Positions 44,056 through 52,142 of a DNA stretch of 64,000 bases are shown piece by piece. The notes below the pieces were generated by a model that saw only the letters and a program-made list of their open reading frames with translations, had not been told where the DNA came from and made no database searches. Source of the DNA: Deltaproteobacteria bacterium (GTDB taxonomy: Bacteria > Desulfobacterota > Syntrophia > Syntrophales > UBA8958); contig JAKPCH010000096.1 of NCBI GenBank assembly GCA_029553375.1, forward strand, positions 47,382 to 111,381, read 5' to 3'. Positions within the stretch are counted from its first letter, which is position 1; each line of letters starts with the position of its first letter. The position numbers and the translations under genes are program-made.

Positions 44056-44279
44056 TACCGACCAGGACGCCGAGGAGGGCCAAGACCGTTCAGTACCGGG
44101 ACTTCGACGCCACGGAGCTCTTCTGCCCCCGCTGCCGCCGGGCGGTCCCGGTGAGAAAGCGCCTCCTCCTCATCCTCCCCGAGGGCGAGAAATACGACTA
44201 CACCTGCGCCTTCTGCGGCACCTCCGTGGGCGACAAACTCGTCCGCCCCTCCCCCCCGGGGTCAGGTCTTGAATTTTAG
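44052..44279 (+). CDS. small zinc-ribbon-like hypothetical protein
   Basis: 75 aa. CPRC...CAFC pairs. ATGA overlap with the nadE stop suggests translational coupling. No family recognised. Confidence 0.45.
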   Translation: MIPTRTPRRAKTVQYRDFDATELFCPRCRRAVPVRKRLLLILPEGEKYDYTCAFCGTSVGDKLVRPSPPGSGLEF

Positions 44280-44297
44280 CGTTTTTGGGTGACGCGG

Positions 44298-44384
44298 AAA
44301 TTCGGGGACACCTTACCCGTTTTTGGCAAAAAATTCATCAACACTTTCGGAAGGTTACGAATTAAGTATTGTGTCCCCGAATTT
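44298..44384. repeat. 14-bp perfect inverted repeat (AAATTCGGGGACAC / GTGTCCCCGAATTT) enclosing a 59-nt AT-rich loop
   Basis: Arms at 44298..44311 and 44371..44384. The element lies between the zinc-ribbon ORF stop and the terminator hairpin. Confidence 0.6.
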
Positions 44385-44388
44385 AAAT

Positions 44389-44420
44389 GGCCGGGGCGGG
44401 TGCCCCGGCCTTGGTGTTTT
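44389..44420. terminator. intrinsic (probably bidirectional) terminator between convergent genes
   Basis: GGCCGGGGC-GGGT-GCCCCGGCC (9-bp perfect stem), followed by TTGGTGTTTT on the + strand and preceded by AATTTAAAT (T/A-rich on the minus strand). Confidence 0.7.
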
Positions 44421-44435
44421 GTCGAACGGCCTTTC

Positions 44436-45218
44436 TCAGCGGCCGATGACGTAGCGGTAGGGGTCGATCTGGTCCCTGAGGATCGCCAGCTCCTCCGCCG
44501 TGGGCGGGGGGTTCTCGACGATCTTGGGGGCCTTGAGGAGCTCGAAGCCGCAGTTGTCCTGGACGTCCTTCTCGGAGTAACCGGGGTTGATGGCGATGAT
44601 GCGCATCCTCTTGCTCTCCGGCTCGAAATCCATGACGGCCATGTTGGTGATGATCTTGTAGGGACCCGCTCCCAGGGGCAGACCGCTCTTGGCGCGGGAA
44701 TCGCCGCCCTCGAGCCAGCCGGGGGTGGTGATGTAGCTGACCCTCTCCACGAACCGCTTGGGATCCTGGGGGGTCATGACCATCATGCGCCAGCAGAAGG
44801 AGGCGAAGTCGTTGGCGCCGCCGCTCCCGGGGAAACGGACCTTCGGTTTCTGGTGGTCCGGCCCGATGCGGGTGGAGTTCAGGTTACCGTACATGTCGAT
44901 CTGGGCGCCGCCGAGGAAGGTGTAGTCCAGCATGCCGCGGCAGGCCGTCTCCATGATCTCGCACATGCCGCTGGCCATGATGGCCTTCCAGGTGGTCCGG
45001 GAATCGCCGACGGAGATGGGCATCTCCGGAATCAGGGGGGCCGCGCCGCCCGCCTCGAAAAGGATCACCAGATTCGGCGAATGGGCCTTCTGCGCCAACA
45101 TCGCCGCCGCACAGGGCGCGCCTGTGCCCACACCGACCGAGGCGCCGTCCTCGAGCTCCCTCGCGGCGGTGCAGATCATCAGTTCCATCGTATTGTAGTC
45201 AGCCATACGCTCAGTCAT
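44436..45218 (-). CDS. CoA-transferase subunit B (glutaconate CoA-transferase GctB / 3-oxoacid CoA-transferase B family)
   Basis: Start at MTERMADYNTMELMICTAAREL (ATG 45218, AGGAGG RBS); the longer track ORF overlaps subunit A. Family-I CoA-transferase beta pattern (NLVILFEAGG..., GGAQIDMYGNLNST, PGSGGANDFAS). Confidence 0.8.
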   Translation of the reverse strand: MTERMADYNTMELMICTAARELEDGASVGVGTGAPCAAAMLAQKAHSPNLVILFEAGGAAPLIPEMPISVGDSRTTWKAIMASGMCEIMETACRGMLDYTFLGGAQIDMYGNLNSTRIGPDHQKPKVRFPGSGGANDFASFCWRMMVMTPQDPKRFVERVSYITTPGWLEGGDSRAKSGLPLGAGPYKIITNMAVMDFEPESKRMRIIAINPGYSEKDVQDNCGFELLKAPKIVENPPPTAEELAILRDQIDPYRYVIGR

Positions 45219-45226
45219 CCTCCTTT

Positions 45227-46219
45227 CTAATCTCTCGCCTTGGTGAACATGAATTCCTTCTCCCGCAGCTTCAGGAGCTTGTGCATACCACCGTTCTTCT
45301 CGATGTACTCGAAGTGGTCCTTGCAGGAGTAGATGTTCTTGTCGAGGAACCGCTTGAACTCGTCGGGATCCTGCTCGACCTTGAGCCACTCCCTGAGGTG
45401 ATCCTCATCGGAGAAGTACTCGCCGTACATGTTGCCGGGGTAGCTGCCGTAGGGCACCTCGCAGACGGCGTCGACGCACCAGTAGGGGATGACGGTGTAG
45501 CTGGGATCCCTGCGGATCTCGTCGTTCTGGATAAGGCGTTCGCAAGTGATGATGAGACGCTTGGCCGCGCGGGCCACATCGAGGTCCGACACGGTGATGC
45601 CGCGGATGCGGCAGTTGCCGTAGATGTCCGCCTCGTGGACGTGGATGGCCGCCACATCGGGCCAGATGGCGGGCATGGCCGCGTACTTGGTCCCCGTGAA
45701 GGGGCACTGGATGATCTTGGCTCCGCTGTACTTGAAGGTGTCCGTCCCCATGACGTTACGGGCGGGGTAGAAGGACACGCCGGCGGCGGCCGCCTTGAAC
45801 CGCACCGACAGGGAGTAGTTGGTCCACTCCGAGACCTTCACCTTCCCGCTCTCCATGTAGCGGCGGGCGTTGGGCGAGAGGCCGCGGGCCTCGAGGCCGA
45901 CGATGTAGGCGACGTCGAGCTTGTCGAATACCTCACCGGCGCAGAGGATCTGAAAATCGTGGGTGGATGTGTGACCGGCGAACCCCATATTCTTCCGGCC
46001 CTGGCGCACGATCTCGTGACAGACGGCCGTCGGGATCCTGTTGGCCCCGAAACCGCCGATGCAGAGGTAATCGCCGTCATGGACGAATTTCTCGACCGCC
46101 TCCTTGACGGACATCACCTTGGGTGTCAGTGCGCGGCTCTTTTTCCTGAAAAACTCGCGTGCCTTGTCGGCATCCGGATCTGTAAAGATCGCGCCAATTC
46201 CCTGATCTAGGACTTCCAC
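45227..46219 (-). CDS. CoA-transferase subunit A (glutaconate CoA-transferase GctA family)
   Basis: 330 aa, GTG start with a GAGGAGG RBS. VKEAVEKFVHDGDYLCIGGFGANRIPTAVCHEIVRQG is a family-I CoA-transferase alpha pattern. Confidence 0.8.
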   Translation of the reverse strand: MEVLDQGIGAIFTDPDADKAREFFRKKSRALTPKVMSVKEAVEKFVHDGDYLCIGGFGANRIPTAVCHEIVRQGRKNMGFAGHTSTHDFQILCAGEVFDKLDVAYIVGLEARGLSPNARRYMESGKVKVSEWTNYSLSVRFKAAAAGVSFYPARNVMGTDTFKYSGAKIIQCPFTGTKYAAMPAIWPDVAAIHVHEADIYGNCRIRGITVSDLDVARAAKRLIITCERLIQNDEIRRDPSYTVIPYWCVDAVCEVPYGSYPGNMYGEYFSDEDHLREWLKVEQDPDEFKRFLDKNIYSCKDHFEYIEKNGGMHKLLKLREKEFMFTKARD

Positions 46220-46348
46220 TGAAATCTACCTCCTCTCTTGGTATTGGAACCCCTCAAAGCCATCTCGCCACGGCCCCAAGCCGTGTTCGCGAATCCGGAG
46301 ACGGATGCGGTTCAAGGAGTCTGGAAACATTGGCCGAACGTGGCGGGC

Positions 46349-46377
46349 TCTATACCATAGGACCCTTCGGCGGTCAA
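46349..46377 (-). promoter_or_regulatory. candidate sigma70 promoter for the CoA-transferase genes (TTGACC-N17-TATAGA)
   Basis: On the minus strand, CCTTGACC then a 17-nt spacer then TATAGA. This implies a ~120-nt 5' UTR. Confidence 0.4.
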
Positions 46378-46426
46378 GGGATTCCACCGCCTTCTTCCAC
46401 GATCGTATATCACTGATTTCCTTGGG

Positions 46427-46882
46427 CTATTTCTTTTCGAAGGCCTTTTTCAGTTTCTCGCCCAGGGACGACAGGCCCGTCGCCCCACCTCCCCCGGCCT
46501 CTCCGGCATGGACGAGGACCTCTTCCCGCGCCGCCCCCCCCGCGAGGTAGTCCGCCAGGAGGCCCCGGCTGTGGACGTCCTCGTGGCAATAGACACAGAG
46601 GTTCTCCCAATTGCTGCCGTCGGGGGGGTTGTTATGATGGTTGCCGTCCTTGTGGTGGACCGTCAATAAATGACGGTTCCCCTCGTCGAAGGAACGGCCG
46701 CAACGGGCGCAGACCAGGCCGTGAATGGCCAGGGACCTCTCCCGGTAATCTTCCCTCCCCCCTTTCTCCTCGGTCTTGAGGGCCCGTACCACCTCCTCGA
46801 CGGGACGCGTCTCCCGGGGGCGGTCCCGGCGGACCTGGGCGCGGACCCGGCGTCCCTGCTTGGTGAAGGTCATCTTCCCCAA
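46427..46882 (-). CDS. HNH endonuclease-family protein (YajD-like)
   Basis: CARCGRSF...LTVHHKDGNHHNNPPDGSNWENLCVYCHEDVH is an HNH/Zn motif of the YajD type. Confidence 0.75.
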   Translation of the reverse strand: MGKMTFTKQGRRVRAQVRRDRPRETRPVEEVVRALKTEEKGGREDYRERSLAIHGLVCARCGRSFDEGNRHLLTVHHKDGNHHNNPPDGSNWENLCVYCHEDVHSRGLLADYLAGGAAREEVLVHAGEAGGGGATGLSSLGEKLKKAFEKK

Positions 46883-46903
46883 GATCCCGCCTCCCCTTTC
46901 ACA

Positions 46904-47305
46904 TCAATGGCCGATTTCACGCCGCCCCGAGGTGTAGACCCTCAAAAAGACCCGCACCCCCTTGGCGACGGCCGAGGCGGTACGGAGAAGGTTCACCGCC
47001 GGATGGTGAAGACCGACGCGGACGATCCCCTCCAGCTCCGCCAGGAGGGCGGCGATGGCCTGGATCCGTCCCAGGGCGAAGGCGATGTTCTCTACTTGAT
47101 CGTTTACGGTGGCGGTGGTCTTCTTGACGTTGAGGGCCGCCTCCTCGAGATTGGCGATGATGCCGGGCAGGTTTCTCTGGAGGACGGCCTGCATCTCCGT
47201 CAGTCCCCTGGCGAGACGCTGGATCTGGATGAACATGGGCACGGTGAAGACGGCGATGAGGAGCACCGCGCCGCTCAGAAACACGAGGCTGAGCTCGAGA
47301 TACAT
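46904..47305 (-). CDS. DUF948-like membrane-anchored stress protein
   Basis: 133 aa, an N-terminal TM then helical sequence (IQIQRLARGLTEMQAVLQRNLPGIIANLEEAALNVKKTTATVND). It follows the YtxH-like gene by 8 nt, a common pairing. Confidence 0.55.
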   Translation of the reverse strand: MYLELSLVFLSGAVLLIAVFTVPMFIQIQRLARGLTEMQAVLQRNLPGIIANLEEAALNVKKTTATVNDQVENIAFALGRIQAIAALLAELEGIVRVGLHHPAVNLLRTASAVAKGVRVFLRVYTSGRREIGH

Positions 47306-47313
47306 AACCCGGC

Positions 47314-47688
47314 CTACGCCGACTTCTCTTCCTTATAGGCCTCGACACCGGCGTCGATGGCCTTCTTGAGCCTGGATTTGCTGTCCTCCAGGGTCTCCTT
47401 GCCTTTCTCCACCATCTCCCCCGCCTTGGTCTCCAGCTCGCCTACCTTCTCCTTAGCCGCCGCCTCGATCTTCTTGAGACGGGCCACGGCGGCCTCATAG
47501 GTCCTGCGGCTGCGTTCCAGGGCTTCCTCGTACTCCTCCTTGGCCTTCGCCATCATCTCCTCGGCCTTCCTGCCCAGTTCCTCCCTGGTCTCCTTGCCGC
47601 TCTTCGGGGCGTAGAGGATGCCCAGGACGGCCCCCACCAGGGCGCCGATGGCCAGACCCTTCAGAAAATCACCCGTTCTGTCCGACAT
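47314..47688 (-). CDS. YtxH-like general stress protein
   Basis: MSDRTGDFLKGLAIGALVGAVLGILYAPKSGKETREEL... is the YtxH pattern. ATG 47688 lies 5 nt after AGGAGG; the track start GTG 47694 overlaps the RBS. Confidence 0.75.
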   Translation of the reverse strand: MSDRTGDFLKGLAIGALVGAVLGILYAPKSGKETREELGRKAEEMMAKAKEEYEEALERSRRTYEAAVARLKKIEAAAKEKVGELETKAGEMVEKGKETLEDSKSRLKKAIDAGVEAYKEEKSA

Positions 47689-47743
47689 GATCACACCTCC
47701 TTCGCTGCAATATGGAAATCATCGCAAATTGGATAATGAATGA

Positions 47744-47771
47744 ATGTTATGGAATCCTGAATCTTTGTCAA
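47744..47771 (-). promoter_or_regulatory. candidate sigma70 promoter for ytxH-like operon (TTGACA-N16-TAACAT)
   Basis: The minus strand reads CCTTGACA (to 47766), a 16-nt spacer, then TAACAT (47749..47744). Confidence 0.5.
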
Positions 47772-47774
47772 GGC

Positions 47775-47814
47775 AAAAAAAAACCGGCCCATCGCTGGAT
47801 GACGAAAGGCCGGT
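47775..47814 (-). terminator. intrinsic terminator after the small lipoprotein gene
   Basis: The minus strand reads AACCGGCC, an 18-nt loop, GGCCGGTT, then T9. Confidence 0.6.
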
Positions 47815-47838
47815 TCTGGGTGGTAAATCTCGGCTCTT

Positions 47839-48078
47839 TTACTTGGCCGCGGGAGCAGCGGGGGCCGCAGGAGCCGCCGGAGCGCCAGGAGCAGCGGGGG
47901 CGCCGGGGGCCGGAGCGCCGGGAGCGGGAGCCGCAGGAGCCGCCGGAGCGGGAGCGGGAGCCGCCGCCTTGGCCGGCTCGGCCGGTTTCTGCTCTTCAGC
48001 CTTCTTGCAGCCGACAACCGCAAACGAAAAGGTTACGACCAAAAGAAGCGAAAGCATGATCGCGAAGGCCTTCTTCAT
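47839..48078 (-). CDS. small lipoprotein with Ala/Pro-rich repetitive tail
   Basis: MKKAFAIMLSLLLVVTFSFAVVGC: signal peptide plus lipobox. The tail is KKAEEQKPAEPAKAAAPAPAPAAPAAPAPGAPAPGAPAAPGAPAAPAAPAAPAAK. The underlying DNA has imperfect tandem repeats; GCCGCAGGAGCCGCCGGAGCG occurs twice. Confidence 0.6.
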   Translation of the reverse strand: MKKAFAIMLSLLLVVTFSFAVVGCKKAEEQKPAEPAKAAAPAPAPAAPAAPAPGAPAPGAPAAPGAPAAPAAPAAPAAK

Positions 48079-48165
48079 CAACTTGTCACCTCCTTTCCAT
48101 GATTCTCGTCGCCTTACCTAACATCCAATCATCAAGGCGTCCGAAACATACGCCTTTTTTTCGTC

Positions 48166-48194
48166 TTGTCAAGATGATTTTTGCAGTATATAAG
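48166..48194 (+). promoter_or_regulatory. candidate sigma70 promoter (TTGTCA-N17-TATAAG)
   Basis: About 90 nt upstream of the hydantoinase-like gene. A hairpin plus T-run (AGGCGT-N9-ACGCCT-T6, 48135..48161) precedes it. Confidence 0.5.
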
Positions 48195-48286
48195 GCCGTC
48201 TCGTGAAGGGCTCGTCAAAAGCCGTCACGCCCCCTCCCGCCGTCGTGGGAGAGGAATAACCATCCGCCCGGGAATGGGAGGCCTCG

Positions 48287-49948
48287 ATGATCCTCGGTAT
48301 TGACGTTGGCGGGACCCATACGGACGCCGTCGTAATCAGCGACCACCAAATCCAAAGCAAGGCGAAGGTCTTAACCGACGCCGGCAACATCATGGGTTCC
48401 CTCATCGAGGCCACCGAGGCCGTCATGAGGGACATCGACCCCGCGGCCCTCAGGAGGGTGGTGCTGAGCACCACCATCTCCACCAACGCCATCGTCCAGG
48501 GCAAGACCGAAGCGGTGGGCATCATCGCCGCCGCCGGTCCCGGCCTCCCGCCGGCCCTGATCTCGCCCCGGGCGGAGACACGTTTCGTTTCGGGATACAT
48601 CAACCACCGGGGCCTCGAGGCGGCCCCCATCGACGAGGGCGAAATCAGGCGCTGCGCCCGGGAGTTCAAGGAAGGGGGCATCGCCTACGCCGGCGTCGTC
48701 GGCAAGTTCTCCACGAGAAACCCGTCCCACGAGCTCAAGATCCGCGACCTCATCACCGACGGCTTCAGGCACATCTCCCTCGGACACCGCCTGTCTGGGC
48801 ATCTCAACTTCCCCCGCCGCCTGGCCACGACCTATCTCAACAGCGCCATCTGGGGCCTCTACGAAAACTTCGTCCGGGCCGTCACGGCCTTCGTGGAACG
48901 CCAGGGGATCAAAGTACCCATCTACATCCTCAAGGCCGACGGCGGAACGATCGAGATCGGCCGTTCCGTCGATTACCCCGTCCAGACCATCCTCTCGGGC
49001 CCGGCGGCGAGCATCATGGGCATCCTGAGCATGACCGGGGGCCGAGACGACGCCGTCGCCCTCGACATCGGAGGCACCACCACGGACATCGCCCTCTTCG
49101 CCGACGGCGTCCCCCTTCTCGAGGCCCTCGGCGTGACCATCGAGGGGCACAAGACCCTGATCCGGGGCCTGCGGACGCGATCCATCGGCGTGGGCGGCGA
49201 CAGCGCGGTCCGCCTTGACGGGGGACGCCTCGAGGTCGGTCCCCGGCGGGAGGGGCCGGCGGCGGCCCTGGGCGGCCCCTGCCCCACCCCCACGGACGCC
49301 ATGATCGTCCTGGGCCTGACGGACATCGGCGATCGCCAGAAGGCCCGTCATTCCCTGGAACCCCTCGCCGCGGCCCTCGGCTGCGCGGTAGAAGAGGCCG
49401 CCCGGGCCGTCTTTGGGGAAACGGTGAGGAGGATCGCCGAGGCCGTGAGGTCTTTCACGGAAGAGATCAACAACCGCCCCGTCTACACCATCCACGAGAT
49501 GCTGGAGGGGAAGAAGATCGAACCCCGGATCGTCTACGTCGTCGGCGGCCCGGCCCAAGGCCTCGCCCCCGCCCTGGGCAAGGCCCTCGAGTGCCCCTAC
49601 CACATCCCGGAAAACGCCGAGGTGGCCAACGCCGTCGGCGCCGCCCTGGCCAGGACCACCGCCGAGGTCACCATCCTGGCCGACACGGAACGGCGGTTCC
49701 TCACGGTGGGTGAAATGGGCCTGCAGATGGAGATCCCCGGCCGGTTCAGCAAAGAGGACGCCATCAGGATCGGCAGGGAAAGGCTCAAAGAGACGGCCTT
49801 GGCCATGGGTGCCTCCGAGGACGAGCTGGAGATGGAGACGGTGGAGGAACAGGAATTCAACATGGTCAGGGATTTCTACACCGCCGGGAAGAACATCCGC
49901 GTGAAGGTACAGATCAAGCCGGGGCTGATCTCACCGCTGGGAGGTTGA
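48287..49948 (+). CDS. hydantoinase/oxoprolinase-family (ASKHA-fold) protein
   Basis: 553 aa. MILGIDVGGTHTDAVVI N-terminal phosphate-binding motif, a second ALDIGGTTTDIALF motif and VVGGPAQ, i.e. the Hydantoinase_A pattern. Confidence 0.75.
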   Translation: MILGIDVGGTHTDAVVISDHQIQSKAKVLTDAGNIMGSLIEATEAVMRDIDPAALRRVVLSTTISTNAIVQGKTEAVGIIAAAGPGLPPALISPRAETRFVSGYINHRGLEAAPIDEGEIRRCAREFKEGGIAYAGVVGKFSTRNPSHELKIRDLITDGFRHISLGHRLSGHLNFPRRLATTYLNSAIWGLYENFVRAVTAFVERQGIKVPIYILKADGGTIEIGRSVDYPVQTILSGPAASIMGILSMTGGRDDAVALDIGGTTTDIALFADGVPLLEALGVTIEGHKTLIRGLRTRSIGVGGDSAVRLDGGRLEVGPRREGPAAALGGPCPTPTDAMIVLGLTDIGDRQKARHSLEPLAAALGCAVEEAARAVFGETVRRIAEAVRSFTEEINNRPVYTIHEMLEGKKIEPRIVYVVGGPAQGLAPALGKALECPYHIPENAEVANAVGAALARTTAEVTILADTERRFLTVGEMGLQMEIPGRFSKEDAIRIGRERLKETALAMGASEDELEMETVEEQEFNMVRDFYTAGKNIRVKVQIKPGLISPLGG

Positions 49949-49955
49949 GGGACCG

Positions 49956-51263
49956 ATGAAGAAAAGGAAAAAAACGGGACTGATCTTCTTTCCGGCCTTC
50001 GACTGGGCCATCTCCCCCACCCACCCCGAGCGGGAGGAGCGGCTCCTGTACACCCAGGATCAGGTCTTCGAAGAGGGTCTGATGGATTTCGACAACATCG
50101 TGGAATACAAACCCGGCCTGGCGACCGTCGAGGACATCAACCGGGTGCACGTATGCGTCCCCGACGCCCGGCGGGTGATTACGGAGTCCCATCTGATCTC
50201 GGCGGGCGGCGCCATCACGGCGGCCAAAAAGGTCCTCGAGGGAGAGGTGGACAACGCCTTCGCCCTCGTCCGGCCCCCGGGGCATCACGCCATGCGGATC
50301 GTCCACGGGGCGCGGGGCTTCTGCAATATCAACATCGAGGCCATCATGATCGAGTACATCCGTCGCCACTACGGCATCAAGAGGATCGCCATCGTGGACA
50401 CGGACTGTCACCACGGCGACGGCACCCAGGACATCTACTGGCATGACCCCAACACCCTCTTCATCTCCATGCACCAGGACGGCCGCACCCTCTACCCCGG
50501 TTCCGGCTTCGTGGATGAGTTCGGCGGGCCCAACGCCGTGGGCATGACGGTTAACATCCCCCTGCCGCCCAGGACCTCCGACGAGGGCTTCCTCTACGCC
50601 CTGGAGAACGTCGTGTTGCCCATCCTGGAAGAGTTTAAACCCGAATTGGTCATCAACTCCGCCGGCCAGGACAACCACTACTCGGACCCCATCACCAACA
50701 TGCGCTTCAGCGCCCAGGGTTACGCCGTCCTCAACGACCGCCTCTCCCCCCACATCGCCGTCCTCGAGGGTGGGTATTCCATCGAGAAGGCCCTTCCCTA
50801 CGTCAACGTGGGTATCATCCTCGCCATGGCCGGCCTGGACTACAGCGCCGTGAGGGAACCGGATTACAACCCCGCGGCCCTGCAACAGTCCGAGGCCATC
50901 ACGACCCACATCCACCGTACCGTGGACGAGATCATGAGGCGCTGGTACCACCGCAGGGAGATCGCCGAGGCCTTCCGGGGCAAGGCGAGGTACCTCAAGA
51001 GACGCCGCCACATCTATTACGACACGGACGGGATCTCGGAGGAACAGGAGGAGACGGTCCGGGTCTGCGACGACTGCGGCGGCCTGATCCTCATCGATTC
51101 CCGGGCCGACACGGGTCGGCGGATCTTCGCCGTCATCGTCCCCGGCATGGCCTGCGAGAGGTGCCGGAAGGAGGGCGAGGTGTTCTTCGAGGAGATCGGC
51201 AAGGGCAAGTATCACCAGGTCTTTTTCCAGGACCGGGACCGTGACGTCTATCTCGTGAAATGA
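49956..51263 (+). CDS. histone-deacetylase-family amidohydrolase with C-terminal CxxC...CxxC extension
   Basis: RPPGHHAM...GFCNIN...IVDTDCHHGDGTQDIYW...EGGYS is the HDAC/AcuC/APAH core. The tail has VCDDCGG...ACERCRKEG. Confidence 0.85.
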   Translation: MKKRKKTGLIFFPAFDWAISPTHPEREERLLYTQDQVFEEGLMDFDNIVEYKPGLATVEDINRVHVCVPDARRVITESHLISAGGAITAAKKVLEGEVDNAFALVRPPGHHAMRIVHGARGFCNINIEAIMIEYIRRHYGIKRIAIVDTDCHHGDGTQDIYWHDPNTLFISMHQDGRTLYPGSGFVDEFGGPNAVGMTVNIPLPPRTSDEGFLYALENVVLPILEEFKPELVINSAGQDNHYSDPITNMRFSAQGYAVLNDRLSPHIAVLEGGYSIEKALPYVNVGIILAMAGLDYSAVREPDYNPAALQQSEAITTHIHRTVDEIMRRWYHRREIAEAFRGKARYLKRRRHIYYDTDGISEEQEETVRVCDDCGGLILIDSRADTGRRIFAVIVPGMACERCRKEGEVFFEEIGKGKYHQVFFQDRDRDVYLVK

Positions 51264-51330
51264 CAAGGATCTAAAGGCGGACCGACGACCGGTGACGCCA
51301 GGGAAAACTCAAAAAGGAGAAGGAACGGCT

Positions 51331-51723
51331 ATGAGCGACGACATCGTCAAACGGACACAGGAAACGGCGAAGACCCTTTTCGGCAAGGGCATCAAGATGG
51401 ACCCCCCCTACCTGATGTGGCGGGAGTTCGACAAAAACCTGGCGAACGAATTCTCCAAGTTCATCACGGGCAATCTCTATTCCCGCACCGTCCTCACCCT
51501 CCCGGAGAGGCAGTACGCGGCCTGCGCCATGCTCGCCGCCCTGAGGGCCACGGGGGAACTCAAGCTCCACGTCAACGCCGCCCTCAACGTGGGCTGCGAC
51601 CCGAGGAAACTGGCGGAGATCTTCTTCCAGGTGGCCACCTACGCCGGGATGCCGGCGGTGAACGAGGCCTTGGAGGTCTACCGGGAGGTCCTCAAGGAAA
51701 GGGGCGAGTGGCCTATAAAGTAA
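51331..51723 (+). CDS. carboxymuconolactone decarboxylase (CMD/AhpD-like) family protein
   Basis: ATG 51331 follows AAGGAGAAGG. LPERQYAACAMLAALRATGELKLHVNAALNVGCDPRKLAEIFFQVATYAGMPA is the CMD pattern. Confidence 0.8.
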   Translation: MSDDIVKRTQETAKTLFGKGIKMDPPYLMWREFDKNLANEFSKFITGNLYSRTVLTLPERQYAACAMLAALRATGELKLHVNAALNVGCDPRKLAEIFFQVATYAGMPAVNEALEVYREVLKERGEWPIK

Positions 51724-51747
51724 GCCGAAAAACGTCTAAAACCACCC

Positions 51748-51790
51748 AAAAAAAAAGCGGACCGGAAATGAATCCGGTTCCGCTTTTTTC
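51748..51790. terminator. bidirectional intrinsic terminator between convergent genes
   Basis: A9, then GCGGACCGGA-AATGAA-TCCGGTTCCGC (10 bp with one bulge), then T6. Confidence 0.75.
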
Positions 51791-51810
51791 TTCCCTCGGG
51801 GGAAAAACGA

Positions 51811-52026
51811 TCACTCGATGACGAGAAGGACCTGGTTGGTATCCACCTTATCCTTCTCTTCCACCTTGATCTCCACTACCTTGCCGCTGGTGGGGGCGAC
51901 GATGGGGTTTTCCATCTTCATCGCCTCGAGGATGATCAACTCCTCGTCCGCCTTCACCTCATCGCCGACCTGAACGATGATCTCCGCGATGGTTCCCGGC
52001 ATGGGGGCCACAACCTCTACTGCCAT
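51811..52026 (-). CDS. biotin carboxyl-carrier (biotinyl/lipoyl-domain) protein, 71 aa
   Basis: MPGTIAEIIVQVGDEVKADEELIILEAMKMENPIVAP carries the EAMKM biotinylation motif. It is a stand-alone domain with no linker. Confidence 0.85.
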   Translation of the reverse strand: MAVEVVAPMPGTIAEIIVQVGDEVKADEELIILEAMKMENPIVAPTSGKVVEIKVEEKDKVDTNQVLLVIE

Positions 52027-52142
52027 CTCCTAAACCTCCTTCACGTTTATCTTAGCACTTACGCGGTCATAGGCCGCTTTTGGATCAATGACACAATGAT
52101 GGGGGGAGCAGGTGCTCCCCCCTCAAGGTCTTCGTCAAAACC

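Noticed and set aside
44312-44370. Sigma54-like TGGCA-N-TTCA within the AT-rich loop.
   Set aside because: The spacing and the -12 element do not fit TGGCAC-N5-TTGC, and there is no downstream gene to drive.
47845-47975. GC-rich tandem repeats as a non-coding satellite.
   Set aside because: They lie in frame inside a small ORF with an RBS, signal peptide, lipobox and terminator. They are best read as the coding sequence for the Ala/Pro-rich tail.
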